Positions 25,179-38,700 of a stretch of DNA of 64,000 bases are shown piece after piece. The first letter of the stretch is position 1; the number at the start of each line of letters is the position of its first letter. Location: NCBI GenBank assembly GCA_951406725.2, contig OX597818.1:45942001-46006000 (forward strand), in the 5' to 3' direction. This DNA is from Octopus vulgaris. Its lineage: Eukaryota. The translations under genes were made by a program, and so were the position numbers. The notes under the pieces were generated by a model that worked only from the letters and a program-made list of their open reading frames with translations, was not told the DNA's origin and did no database searches.

Positions 25179-25539
25179 TCCATTTCACATGATCAGCTGA
25201 TTAACTGACCAATCACCATTAAGCCATCACATGATGCAACCTTCGAGAACATCTAACAAAGCTTATAAATTGATGAGTTTTTTGTGCCAACTTTTTGCTG
25301 TGTCAAAGGCAACTGAGCAAAATATGCCTCCACTCTTGTCAGAGATATTTGTGCAGAGACTGGCCAATTCATTTCACATGTCTCACTTCTTGCCTCTGAG
25401 TGTTGGGAATTGAGACTACCTTATACTTTACACTTGCAGCTTTGTTGGTGACAAACGAGCTCTACTCTTGACAAGCATACATTACTGCAAACATTGCAGA
25501 CCTAGCTTTCCCCATTCATTACACTAGCAGTGTATTCAC

Positions 25540-25820
25540 ACTTAAATTCTTCATGAAGAATACATGTTCTTTCAAAGGCATCGACTCCCTCCTTTACCTG
25601 TTTCCTCCATCTGTGGCAATGACAAGCAGTGTTTTCCCAGTCAGCCTCTCGCATTTCCCAGGTCTTTAATGAGAACTTTACACAGTCCTTGAATTACAGT
25701 CTTGGGGTCATTTTCCACTAACAAGTTTCCCATATAGCATCTGTTTAGGGATCCTGCTATCATTCATTCTAACAAGGTGTCCAGTCCAATGTAAGTGGTA
25801 TTTGTGAACCATGAAAACCA
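25540..25820 (-). mobile_element. RTE-clade LINE fragment
   Basis: Minus strand encodes HLHWTGHLVRMNDSRIPKQMLYG. Inverted relative to 24290-24550. Confidence 0.75.
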
Positions 25821-26809
25821 CATTCTCATGTTTCAGCGTTTAACACTATTTGAACAACTTCTTATTCAACTGAGCAGACAGCAGACACAGTATTGCAGTG
25901 ATGAATTTAACTTGATTTTTCTACAGTTTTGACCGCATATTCACAGAGCCTATTTAATCAACTGTTTTGTCATAACTACAGAATTGTCTTTTCCAGTGTG
26001 TATGCTTTGTTGTATTATTAATTCAAGACTAACATGAAAAATGTTTTTTGCAGTGAATAAAGGTTCTATTAACTGTTTGAATGGTGTTATTCTTTATTTA
26101 CATGCAGTAGCTCAAGCACCTTGTGACAATCATTTAACACCCACTTTCCATGCTGGCATGGAAGTATATAGTACATGTAAGTATATAGGCCTAGTTGGAG
26201 GTCCAACCTTCCGAATTCTTTCTCAGGGCTTAGAAAAACTGAAGGATCACTGCAATAAGTGTGTGAATCTACATTTCTTTCACCCAAAGCCAGGAACTTC
26301 TCAGCAACCCTTTGTACATTCACATATATACTTATACATATACACAAACAAGCACATGCATATATTTAGACATGTACTTATGTATACACATGCATATGTA
26401 TCATAACTATATTTCCAGTTATATCCATTACACATATACAGAACAAATCAGTCAAACATACATATATGCATATCATTACACACACTACTATATATGTCTA
26501 TACTAAAGAAACTAAAGCACATAATGAAAAGCTTTCTTAAACTATGTGGTCTTGGGTTCAATCCCATTGTATGGCTTTTGGAGAATTGTCTGCTAATGTG
26601 AAGGTATGGCCTAGTGGCTAGGGTGTTGCATTTACAACAACAACAACAACATCAAAAAATACCTTAGGGATGAGAACTCAGGTTTGAAATTTCCCCAAGA
26701 CACCTGATGAAGGTTGGAGGGTATATCAGTTAACAACAAACAAGATGAGAACAAATATTCGTCAAATGTAAATAATGTACTAAATTCCTCATCTCTCAAA
26801 TATAGAACT

Positions 26810-26992
26810 GTATTAGAGTGTGACAAGGCTGTTCCTTTGAAATACAGGTACTACTCATTTTTGCCAGCTGAGTGGATTGGAGCAGCATGAAATAAGTATC
26901 TTGCTCAAGCACACAATGCATCACTGGGAATTGAACTCGTGACCTTACGATCATGAGCTGAATGCCCCTAACCACTCAGCCATGCGCCCTCA
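26810..26992 (-). mobile_element. tRNA-derived SINE
   Basis: Reverse tRNA-like head gggaattgaactc...cctaaccactcagccatgcgcc. Shares gtgacaaggc..ccctttgaaatacagg with the 41866-42238 copy. Confidence 0.7.
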
Positions 26993-27046
26993 CATATATG
27001 TATGTATGTGTGTGTATATATATATTCCTGATGAAAGTCAGTCTAT

Positions 27047-27109
27047 GGGGTTACCCCGGGTTTCCCATCCATAAAGGGTTTAACCTTATGGCATATCGTC
27101 AGACCCTAA
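27047..27109 (-). ncRNA. Candidate minimal hammerhead ribozyme in a Penelope-like repeat
   Basis: Minus strand reads gggt-CUGACGA-[ccauaagg...ccuuuaugg stem II]-GAAAC-ccggg-GUA|accc, with a near-palindromic stem III. Confidence 0.55.
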
Positions 27110-27696
27110 GACCTCTTTAGAATATGGAGGTGAGACAAGGTTAAACCCTTTATGGATGGGAAACCCAGGGTTAACCCCATAAACCCGCCTTCACCAGGAG
27201 AAAATACAGACTGCTGTACTTTTTAGGGTGTGCTTCTACTCTGGATTTATGTTTTTCTAAAAGCTGTCTCGCTCTGAGATTTATTATTGCTTGTTTCTCC
27301 TTTTTTGAGGTCAGCAACAGTTTGTCACTGGAAAAAGCATATAGTATTTTGCTTTTGGAATGAGTACTCATCGCTAGCTGGTAATCATCACATGCTGATG
27401 ACAGGTTACTACCCAGAAACCCAGGTCCATGTGTATCACAAGGCTAGAGACGGGAACGATGATTTCCCTTTGCAAATGCTAATGAGATACAGACAGTGTG
27501 TCGTTAGCCAGCTGAAGGAGATGTCTTCCTGGGGCTATAAACAACAGTAGCATCGTCCCCTATGGGTCCACTACATTTAGGTGGCAAATATACTTCATGA
27601 TTCCATGCTGCTACTGTTTATGTCTCGCTCAGAGATTTGTACTGTACACTCTAGTGAAATTCCTCTCACCTTTATTATTTTTCACGTACATTCGAA

Positions 27697-28298
27697 TGTA
27701 GCAGATAACAGCTAACCTTTGGAGCTATTTGGACCCTGCTGTGTCCACCACTCTGATTGGTTGGTACTGGCGTAATTTGTCTCTTACTCTAGCGTGCCAA
27801 TATGCAACCTAACCAATCAAAGTCCCTAAAGAAGATCACATGAGACAGTCTTTTCTAAGCTCCAATTTGAGCCTACTATTACTTATAAAACCTCAACTTC
27901 TCCTTGTCTCAAGATCTGTTGGTTCCAGAGCTTCTAAGGTTTAGCCACTGACCACACAACACAGCCAGTTCCAGTGACGACGCCAGACAACAACCATCCA
28001 ACAGCATTACAGTGACCTCCATCCTCATCGCCACTATCATGTCTCTCACCAATGTCATCAAAAACATCTCTACTTACACAGCACCAGCAACACTGCACAG
28101 GTTTTAACATAGCACTGTTTGTGAACTACCTCACCATGGTTAACAGCAAACATAAAACCAACACAGATGTATGTAAATATATCAATAAATCTTTCATAAG
28201 CCTTCTACTCTGTTGGGTCTCTTCTCTTTTCCAACTGGAACATTATATGTATTATTTCAGCCTTCTGATATGAGTCAACATTAGATGGTCTCACTACA
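27697..28298 (+). mobile_element. Possible solo LTR
   Basis: TGTAG...CTACA ends with CCAAT, TATAAA (about 27885) and AATAAA (about 28184) in order. No clear TSD. Confidence 0.35.
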
Positions 28299-29274
28299 CA
28301 GACCACTATCTATAATGGTGATCATGACCATCTATAGATTTATTATTGATTGTTTCTCCTTTTTTGTCACTGGAAAAAGCATATAGTATTTTGCATTTGG
28401 AATGGGTTCTCATCACTAGCTAGTGATTATCACATGCTGATGACAGGTTACTACTCAGAAACCTGGGTCCATGTGTATCATGTAAGGGTAGAGATGGGAA
28501 CGATGATTTTCCTTCGCAAATGCTAATGGGACATGGATAGTGTGTCATTAGCCAGCTGGAGGAGATGTCTTCCTGGGGCTATAATCAGCAGTAGAAGGAG
28601 CTGGTTTCTAACAAAGATACAAAGCTTTGTCATTGGGAATGCAAACAATGTCACATTTTAAACCTTAGAAAAATCTTGCATAATTTTACTGTTCTGCTTA
28701 CAGATTGTATTTGTCATATGCAAATCAGTTGGTTGATTTCTCATTCTGAGAATCCAAGCTTATTCAGACTGACAGTTAGGCATTTACCAACAAAACCAAG
28801 TGTTCCAATTATTATTGGTATAAATGTATGTATGTATGTATGTATGTATGTATGAGTGTGTGTGTGTATGAATGACTGAGTGTATTTGTGTGTGTGTGTG
28901 TGTGTGTGTGTGTGATATCCCTAGCAAGGGACAAAACTATGTTTGTTTCAGTTTGCTTTCCTGACAAAAATAGCTGTAGTAAGAATTGCATCCAGCTGTA
29001 AAAACAACTTAATTTATCCGACAAAAACTTCTCCACCTTTGTGAAAATAAATAAGTAAATGAATAAAAAAAAAAAAGCGATGTAAAGTTGTGGAAAAAGC
29101 AATCATTAACCAGCTTTTAAATAAGCAACGGGACCCTAGGATGATAGCTAATTACTGGTATTATTCTTGAGTGCTATTACAACTTCTTCATCAACAGATG
29201 TTTGGATTAAGGCATGAAAAAACTAATATAATAAAAGTATAAATGGGTGAACATCTGTCAGAGACTATCTGCAC

Positions 29275-29602
29275 ACCTTCCTTCTTTCCTTCCTCCCTCC
29301 CTGCCTTCCTTCCTTCCTTCCTCCCTCCCTCCCTCCCTCCCTTCCTTCCTTCCTTCCTCCCTCCCTTCCTTCCTTCCTCCCTTCCTTCCTCCCTTCCCTC
29401 CTCCTTCCCTTCCTTCCTCCCTCCCTCTTCCCTTCCTTCCTTCCTTCTTCCTCCCTCCCTCCTTTCCTTCCTTCCTTCTTTCCTCCCACCCTCCCTTCTT
29501 TCCTTCCTCCCTCCCTTCCTTTCCTTCCTCCCTCCCTCCCTTCCTTCCTCCCTCCCTCTCTTCCTTCCTTCTTTCCTCCCTCCCTCCCTTTCCTTCCTTC
29601 TT
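29275..29602. repeat. Polypyrimidine (CCTT/CCCT)n low-complexity tract
   Basis: About 325 nt, almost only C and T on the + strand. Confidence 0.95.
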
Positions 29603-29711
29603 TCTGTTCATCCAGCTTTGGGTTTCACTTATTATGACCAGCTTTACTAATACCAATAATTTGGACATATCATGTAACTGTTCCAGGAGTGTACTAGAAT
29701 ATACTATATAT

Positions 29712-29947
29712 TTCTTTATTGCCCACAACGGGCTAAACATAGAGGGGGACAAGCAAGGACAGACAAAGCGATTAAGTCGATTACATCGCCCCCCCCCCCC
29801 CCCCGTGCGAACCTGGTACTTTATCGACTCCGAAAGGATGAAAGGCAAAGTCGACCTCGGCGGAATTTGAGCTCAGAACGTAACGACAGACGAAATACCG
29901 CTAAGCATTTCACCTGGCGTGCTAACGTTTCTGCCAGCTCACTGCCT
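29712..29947 (-). mobile_element. MetaSINE-like SINE
   Basis: ggtactttatcgactccgaaaggatgaaaggcaaagtcgacctcggcggaatttga. Flanked by ctagaatatactata on both sides, a possible TSD. Confidence 0.85.
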
Positions 29948-30062
29948 CTAGAATATACTATAATAATCATGAGCTTTCCACTACTGATCCTTTAGCAACC
30001 TCTAGTGATTTTAATGTATGTCATAATTGGAGCTGATACCAGTTGTCTCTGTTATCTTTCCA

Positions 30063-32722
30063 CTAGCAATGCATCCTGGTGTTGCTCGGGTGTTATGCCC
30101 TACAGCCACATTGTATTATTTGCTCCTTTCTTGTAGGCAAAATCGGCACAGCTGATATATAGTTAATGGCATAATGCAAGTAATTGTTATTTTTTAAAGT
30201 GAAGGAGTGGGGGTACAGTTTGCATGGGTTTGTATGAAAGTGCTTTCTGTTCTTAAGAAGGATCACAAACTATGAATTGTTTCATCATATAAAAGGGGAT
30301 TAATACGATTTTGTCCGGAAATCATGTTTTCAAAATTTTAATTTCCTCCCATCCTCACCACAATTTCTTAACCCTTTCAATACCAAGCAGGCTGAAACCG
30401 CCCCTGGGTTTGTAGTACAAATATCATGTTTACATAAGTTTTGAATTTAAATCTTCCACCAAACCTTAGTCACAATTTATGATCCTAACACTAGCTTCAT
30501 GATAATGAACTTATTTTATTAAATTCTTTGTAATATTTAAAATAATTGAAAGAAACACAGAGCATCTCAAAATACGGTAACAAAAGGGTTAATTTGTAAC
30601 TTTTTCGAATTTTTTTTTGTTTTGTTATCTATATAGAAAAGTACAGAGATTACGAATTTGGGAAATATAAATATTTTATAGTTTAATTTTTCTTAAAGAA
30701 ACACTCAATGCTCCTTCCCCCACCTTGCTCACCCATCACCTATTTGCTTTCACTTTTGTCTGATGTTTACCACATGCATAAAATTCTACTGAAATAGCAA
30801 ACTTAAAAAATACCAGACCACCACCAGAAAACCCAACATGCTAGAAACAACAGGCAAACGACATTATTTCTGAAGAAACTTCTCCGCTTTCCAAAAAGCT
30901 AAAAGTGAAACATTGGGAGTGTGTAGCTTTTTGAAAATGGTGAAGTGATGGGTAAAATTCTTAGAAATTTGTACTCTCTGTTTTTTCTTCATGGATTGCC
31001 AAGAAAGATAGTTGAAAAAAGTAAAAAATTAATTTGGTGTGGAGAGGGAGAAAATTAAAATACTGGGAACGTGTTTTGTGGGTGAAATCCTAATCTCCTG
31101 TATTGCAAACATCAGAATTGGAAGAAATTTAGGAAAAATTAAGCAAGGATGTGGAAATGTCACCACGGACATGCTAGAAAGAAGCAGTAAAAGACAGGGT
31201 TTCTGGCAAAACTTTCTTTTAAGTTTATATTGAAGATCAGGTTTTTATATACCCTCATCACAAACACAAATTACACAACAGAAAAAGATAATTTCAATTG
31301 GATTTGAGCTTTAAATTTGCGCATGCATACTGCAAGAAATAACATGATTTGCACAGAAGTGTTACCTAGAGTGTGTGTATTTGTTTGTGTGTGCATCAAA
31401 GGAAGTTATTTTATGGCATACTTTTGTTTGAAGAAGCAAAGTTGTCAACTCGACATATATGGGATCATATGATTGTTCGTTAATTTCCATAAAATACTTT
31501 TAATTTCTCTATGCTTTGAAGAGAGCAGAAATTGAAAGAGAGAAAAAAGAGAAAAGGTGACATTTTCTTTGAAGTGAAAGGAGAAAGTAAAAGAGGGGAG
31601 AACGTGAAAGATGTATGTGTATATGAAATGGACGTGGGTGTGTGAGAAAGAGAAAAAGAGAGAGTGAGTGAGTGAAGGTGTATTGTGATGAATGAATTTT
31701 TTGCATGTATGTGTAAGTGTCACTCACTCGCTCTCTCTCTCTCCTCTCTCTCTCTCTTTTCACACTATCTTTCATTTATATGTACATAAATAGGTGGAGG
31801 TAAAGAATACGTACACCACCTGTTTTTGGCATAACCCTAAACACTGGGTGTGCATATTATTTACCTTTACCTATAAATACATATGCATACATCTTTTTTG
31901 TGTGTGTGTGAGAGAGAGAGAGTGACTATATTTCCTCATATAACATATAGAGAAATGGATGTCTTTTAGTGCAATTTTTTTGGTTGTGGCTTATTTTAAT
32001 ACAATATTTACCTGTAGATTTTCATAAATGTTTGTCTGAGTAGGATTCTATGTATCAGACAAAAGTGAAACACTAGAAGCAAATGAAAATATTGTCCAAA
32101 AATGACCTCAAAATTGTGTAACCCAACGTAGTTGCCGAGGTTATTTTAGTTGTAAAAGAGAATTGTTAGCTGAAAAACATTGCTTATTTGGTAGATAAAT
32201 AATGAGCTTCAACTATGTTTCATTATAACTCTCAAAGTTGTCAACAAACTGTCATCTGGATCAGCTATTTTGCTTGTTAATTTCTGTAAAAAAAATTTTA
32301 TTTATTTACTTTTGTGTTAAAGTGAAAGAGAGGAGAAAGTGAAAAATGTATGAACATATATATATAAAATGGGTGTATTTGTGAGTGTGAGAGAGAGGGA
32401 GAGAGAGAAAGTGAGTGAGTGCCACTTACACATACATGAGAACACACACGTTCACTCACTCTCTATATGAGTGCAAAAACACTCAAATAGAAAATGTGAC
32501 GTCATTGTGGTGGTGGTTGTTGTAAAAGATGTCGTTTACAATAGGTGACTGAAAGAAAAATGATGTTAAATTTTTGTAATGCAAATAAGTGAAGAACAAT
32601 ACAGTTTAGTTGGTAGCTTACTGAATCTTTTGACACCCCTTATGTCAAAATCAGCGACTCAGTTTTGGAATGCAAAAGGAACATACACACACACACATAC
32701 AAACTCTCTTTTATAGATATAG
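30063..32722 (-). mobile_element. Long non-autonomous Helitron-like element
   Basis: 3' end CTAG with a cccgagcaacaccagg hairpin at 30063-30090, the same type as 22728 and 43865. 5' end A|TCTATATCTATAAAAGAGAG near 32722. Confidence 0.6.
30372..30588. mobile_element. piggyBac-type MITE
   Basis: TTAA|CCCTTT...AAAGGG|TTAA. A degenerate relative sits in DDX5 intron 6 (about 54872-55030). Confidence 0.8.
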
Positions 32723-35700
32723 ATTATTTATTTCAGTCATTAGACTGTGGCCATGTTGGAGCACTGCCTTGAAGGGTTTTTGTCAGTACTAATTATTTTT
32801 CTTTTTTAAAACCTGGAACTTGTCCTATCAGTCTCTTTTGCCAAACTGCTAAGTTACAGGGATGTAAACAAACCAACACTGGTTGTTAAGTATTAGTGGT
32901 GACAAACACAAAGGCAAAGACACACACACATAACCAACATGCTTCTTTCAGTTTCCATCCACCAAATTCACTCACAAGATTTTGTTTAGCCTGATGCTAT
33001 TGTACAGGAGTCTCCAAAGTGGTCAACATCAACCCCTGGGGCAGGAGTCGATGAGACTATTCAAGGGGTCGGTAAATGCACATCAACCTAATTATTATCC
33101 TTATTATTATTTATTTATTTACTTGTATATGCCTGGAGGTCGGTGAGGGGTTAAGGACTCCATGACGGGGTTGATGGTCTAAAAAGTTTGGGGACCCCTG
33201 CTATAGTAGAAGACACTTGCCCAAGTTGTCATGCAGTGGGACTGAACCTGGAACCATGTTGTGAAATGAGCTTCTTACCATACAGTCACACCTGATCCAG
33301 TTTATATTTTTATTACATTTAACAAGCACCTGCTCAAAGCCAATCATTAGGCAGCTATATTATACCTGCTTTTCCAGTTCCTGTTTAAGTTCAAGCAACA
33401 AGTCAACCTAAGCACTAATTGTATGTGCCTGGTTGCTTTGTTATTAAATGGAAAAATACTTGAATTCTATACCATGAAATACCAGTGTCATTCATAAGAA
33501 CAACAAAAAGCATTTCACTTATATTTTATTACCTCTGCCTTAGTGAAGGCAGAGGTCAATGGACAAGATATCTCAAGAACCATTGGATAGATTTGGATGT
33601 TTGGATGTTTCAGGGATGTTTGGCCTTGTGATTGGCATGAACTGATTAGATTTTGGGATCAATCCGGTACCAGACAAGGATTCTTGATTATTTTTCCTGT
33701 ATTTTTTTTACTTAATTTTTGAGAGCGGTCAGGTTCATTTTTAGTATTCTCGTTTGTGAGAGCAGTCAAGTTCATTTCAGATATTCTCATTTTAAAAATC
33801 ATTTCAGGCTAATCTTTGAGAGGATGTTGGTGTTGTCTTGGTGGAAGTTTGTGCTCTCTGGGGGCTCTTGTTATCTTTGTTTTACTTCTCCAAAAGCTGA
33901 AGAATACAATCAAGGTTTCTAATCCTACAAACTAAAGTTTCCAATCCTTAAAAACTATGGTCCCTATTAATCTTAGTTAATAAAAGGCTACATAGTTTCT
34001 GTATAAAATTTCTCCAAACATTGTGGCTGTGCAGTAAGAAGCTTGCTTCCCAACCATGTGGTGTTGGGTTCAATCCCATTGTGCCACACTTTGGGAAAGT
34101 GTCAACTACTATAACCTCCAGCTGACCAGCACCTTGTGAGTGTATTTGGTATTCTGAAACAACTGAAAAAAGCCTATCACATATTGAGAGTGGTGAAGTG
34201 ATGGGTAAAATTCTTAAAGATTCGTACTCTCAGTTTTTTCTTCATGGATTGCCAAGAAAAATAGTTGAAAAAAGTAAAAAGTTAATTTGGTGTGGAGAGG
34301 GAGAAAATTAAAATACTGGGAATGTTTTGTGGGTGAAATCCTAATCTTCTCTATTGCAAATATCAGAATTGGAATAAATCTAGGTAAAAAATTAAGCAAG
34401 GGAGTGGAAATGTCACCTCGGACATGCTAGAAAGAAGCAGTTTAAGAGACAGGATTTCTGGGAAAACTTTCTTTTAAGTTTATATTGAAGATCAGGTTTT
34501 TATATACCCTCATCACAAACACAAATTACACAACAGAAAAAGATAATTTCAATTGGATTTGAGCTTTAAATTTGCGCATGCATACTGCAAGAAATAACAT
34601 GATTTGCACAGAAGTGTTACCTAGAGTGTGTGTATTTGTTTGTGTGTGTATCAAAGGAAGTTATTTTATGGCATACTATTGTTTGAAGAAGCAAAGTTGT
34701 CAACTCGACATATATGGGATCATATGATTGTTCGTTAATTTCCATAAAATACTTTTAATTTCTCTATGCTTTGAAGAGAGCAGAAATTGAAATAGAGCAA
34801 AAAGAGAAAAGGTGACATTTTCTTTGAAGTGAAAGGAGAAAGTAAAAGAGGGGAGAACGTGAAAGATGTATGTGTATATGAAATGGACGTGGGTGTGTGA
34901 GAAGAGAAAAAGAGAGAGTGAGTGAGTGAAGGTGTATTGTGATGAATGAATTTTTTGCATGTATGTGTAAGTGTCACTCACTCGCTCTCTCTCTCTCCTC
35001 TCTCTCTCTCTTTTTCACACTATCTTTCATTTATATGTACATAAATAGGTGGAGGTAAAGAATACGTACACCACCTGTTTTTGGCATAACCCTAAACACT
35101 GGGTGTGCATATTATTTACCTTTACCTATAAATACATATGCATACATCTTTTTTGTGTGTGTGTGAGAGAGAGAGAGTGACTATATTTCCTCATATAACA
35201 TATAGAGAAATGGATGTCTTTTAGTGCAATTTTTTTGGTTGTGGCTTATTTTAATACAATATTTACCTGTAGATTTTCATAAATGTTTGTCTGAGTAGGA
35301 TTCTATGTATCAGACAAAAGTGAAACACTAGAAGCAAATGAAAATATTGTCCAAAAATGACCTCAAAATTGTGTAACCCAACGTAGTTGCCGAGGTTATT
35401 TTAGTTGTAAAAGAGAATTGTTAGCTGAAAAACATTGCTTATTTGGTAGATAAATAATGAGCTTCAACTATGTTTCATTATAACTCTCAAAGTTGTCAAC
35501 AAACTGTCACCTGGATCAGCTATTTTGCTTGTTAATTTCTGTAAAAAAAATTTTATTTATTTACTTTTGTGTTAAAGTGAAAGAGAGGAGAAAGTGAAAA
35601 ATGTATGAACATATATATATAAAATGGGTGTATTTGTGAGTGTGAGAGAGAGGGAGAGAGAGAAAGTGAGTGAGTGCCACTTACACATACATGAGAACAC

Positions 35701-38700
35701 ACACGTTCACTCACTCTCTATATGAGTGCAAAAACACTCAAATAGAAAATGTGACGTCATTGTGGTGGTGGTTGTTGTAAAAGATGTCGTTTACAATAGG
35801 TGACTGAAAGAAAAATGATGTTAAATTTTTGTAATGCAAATAAGTGAAGAACAATACAGTTTAGTTGGTAGCTTACTGAATCTTTTGACACCCCTTATGT
35901 CAAAATCAGCGACTCAGTTTTGGAATGCAAAAGGAACATACACACACACATACAAACTCTCTTTTATAGATATAGATTATTTATTTCAGTCATTAGACTG
36001 TGGCCGTGTTGGAGCACTGCCTTGAAGGATTTTTGTCAGTACTAATTATTTTCTTTTTTAAAACCTGGAACTTGTCCTATCAGTCTCTTTTGCCAAACTG
36101 CTAAGTTACAGGGATGTAAACAAACCAACACTGGTTGTTAAGTGTTAGTGGTGACAAACACAAAGGCAAAGACACACACACATAACCAACATGCTTCTTT
36201 CAGTTTCCATCCACCAAATTCACTCACAAGATTTTGTTTAGCCTGATGCTATTGTACAGGAGTCTCCAAAGTGGTCAACATCAACCCCTGGGGCAGGAGT
36301 CGATGAGACTATTCAAGGGGTCGGTAAATGCACATCAACCTAATTATTATCCTTATTATTATTTATTTATTTACTTGTATATGCCTGGAGGTCGGTGAGG
36401 GGTTAAGGACTCCATGACGGGGTTGATGGTCTAAAAAGTTTGGAGACCCCTGCTATAGTAGAAGACACTTGCCCAAGTTGTCATGCAGTGGGACTGAACC
36501 TGGAACCATGTTGTGAAATGAGCTTCTTACCATACAGTCACACCTGATCCAGTTTATATTTTTATTACATTTAACAAGCACCTGCTCAAAGCCAATCATT
36601 AGGCAGCTATATTATACCTGCTTTTCCAGTTCCTGTTTAAGTTCAAGCAACAAGTCAACCTAAGCACTAATTGTATGTGCCTGGTTGCTTTGTTATTAAA
36701 TGGAAAAATACTTGAATTCTATACCATGAAATACCAGTGTCATTCATAAGAACAACAAAAAGCATTTCACTTATATTTTATTACCTCTGCCTTAGTGAAG
36801 GCAGAGGTCAATGGACAAGATATCTCAAGAACCATTGGATAGATTTGGATGTTTGGATGTTTCAGGGATGTTTGGCCTTGTGATTGGCATGAACTGATTA
36901 GATTTTGGGATCAATCCGGTACCAGACAAGGATTCTTGATTATTTTCCTGTATTTTTTTTACTTAATTTTTGAGAGTGGTCAGGTTCATTTTTAGTATTC
37001 TCGTTTGTGAGAGCAGTCAAGTTCATTTCAGATATTCTCATTTTAAAAATCATTTCAGGCTAATCTTTGAGAGGATGTTGGTGTTGTCTTGGTGGAAGTT
37101 TGTGCTCTCTGGGGGCTCTTGTTATCTTTGTTTTACTTCTCCAAAAGCTGAAGAATACAATCAAGGTTTCTAATCCTACAAACTAAAGTTTCCAATCCTT
37201 AAAAACTATGGTCCCTATTAATCTTAGTTAATAAAAGGCCTACATAGTTTCTGTATAAAATTTCTCCAAACATTGTGGCTGTGCAGTAAGAAGCTTGCTT
37301 CCCAACCATGTGGTGTTGGGTTCAATCCCATTGTGCCACACTTTGGGAAAGTGTCAACTACTATAACCTCCAGCTGACCAGCACCTTGTGAGTGTATTTG
37401 GTATTCTGAAACAACTGAAAAAAGCCTATCACATATTGAGAGTGGTGAAGTGATGGGTAAAATTCTTAAAGATTCGTACTCTCAGTTTTTTCTTCATGGA
37501 TTGCCAAGAAAAATAGTTGAAAAAAGTAAAAAGTTAATTTGGTGTGGAGAGGGAGAAAATTAAAATACTGGGAATGTTTTGTGGGTGAAATCCTAATCTT
37601 CTCTATTGCAAATATCAGAATTGGAATAAATCTAGGTAAAAAATTAAGCAAGGGAGTGGAAATGTCACCTCAGACATGCTAGAAAGAAGCAGTAAGAGAC
37701 AGGATTTCTGGGAAAACTTTCTTTTAAGTTTATATTGAAGATCAGGTTTTTATATACCCTCATCACAAACACAAATTACACAACAGAAAAAGACTATTTC
37801 AATTGGATTTGAGCTTTAAATTTGCGCATGCATACTGCAAGAAATAACATGATTCGCACAGAAGTGTTACCTAGAGTGTGTGTATTTGTTTGTATGTGTG
37901 TGCGTCAAAGGAAGTTATTTTATGGCATTCTTTTGTTTGAAGAAGCAAAGTTGTCAACTCGACATATATGGGATCATATGATTGTTCGTTAATTTCCATA
38001 AAATTCTTTTAATTTCTCTATGCTTTGAAGAGAGCAGAAATTGAAAGAGAGAAAAAAGCGAAAAGGTGACATTTTCTTTGAAGTGAGAGGAGAAAGTAAA
38101 AGAGGGGAGAACGTGAAAGATGTATGTGTATATGAAATGGACGTGGGTGTGTGAGAGAGAGAAAAAAAGAGAGAGTGAGTGAGTGAAGGTGTATTGTGAT
38201 GAATGAATTTTTTGCATGTATGTGTAAGTGTCACTCACTCGCTCTCTCTCCTCATTCTCTCTCTTTTTCACACACCCATACATACACACTATCTTTCATT
38301 TATATGTACATTAATAAGTGGAGGTAAAGAATACGTACACCACCCGTTTTTGGCATAACCCTAAACACTGGGTGTGCATATTCTTTACCTTTACCTATAA
38401 ATACATATGCATACATCTTTTGTGTGTGTGTGTGAGAGAGAGAGAGTGACTATATTTCCTCATATAACATATAGAGAAATGGATGTCTTTTAGTGCAATT
38501 TTTTTGGTTGTGGCTTATTTTAATACAATATTTACCTGTAGATTTTCATAAATGTTTGTCTGAGTAGGATTCTATGTATCAGACAAAAGTGAAACACTAG
38601 AAGCAAATGAAAATATTGTCCAAAAATGACCTCAAAATTGTGCAACCCAACGTAGTTGCCGAGGTTATTTTAGTTGTAAAAGAGAGTTGTTAGGTGAAAA

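Noticed and set aside
29243-29870. Long ORFs of 135-207 aa (PSFL- or RKEG-rich)
   Set aside because: Translations of the (CCTT/CCCT)n tract, which lacks stop codons by composition.
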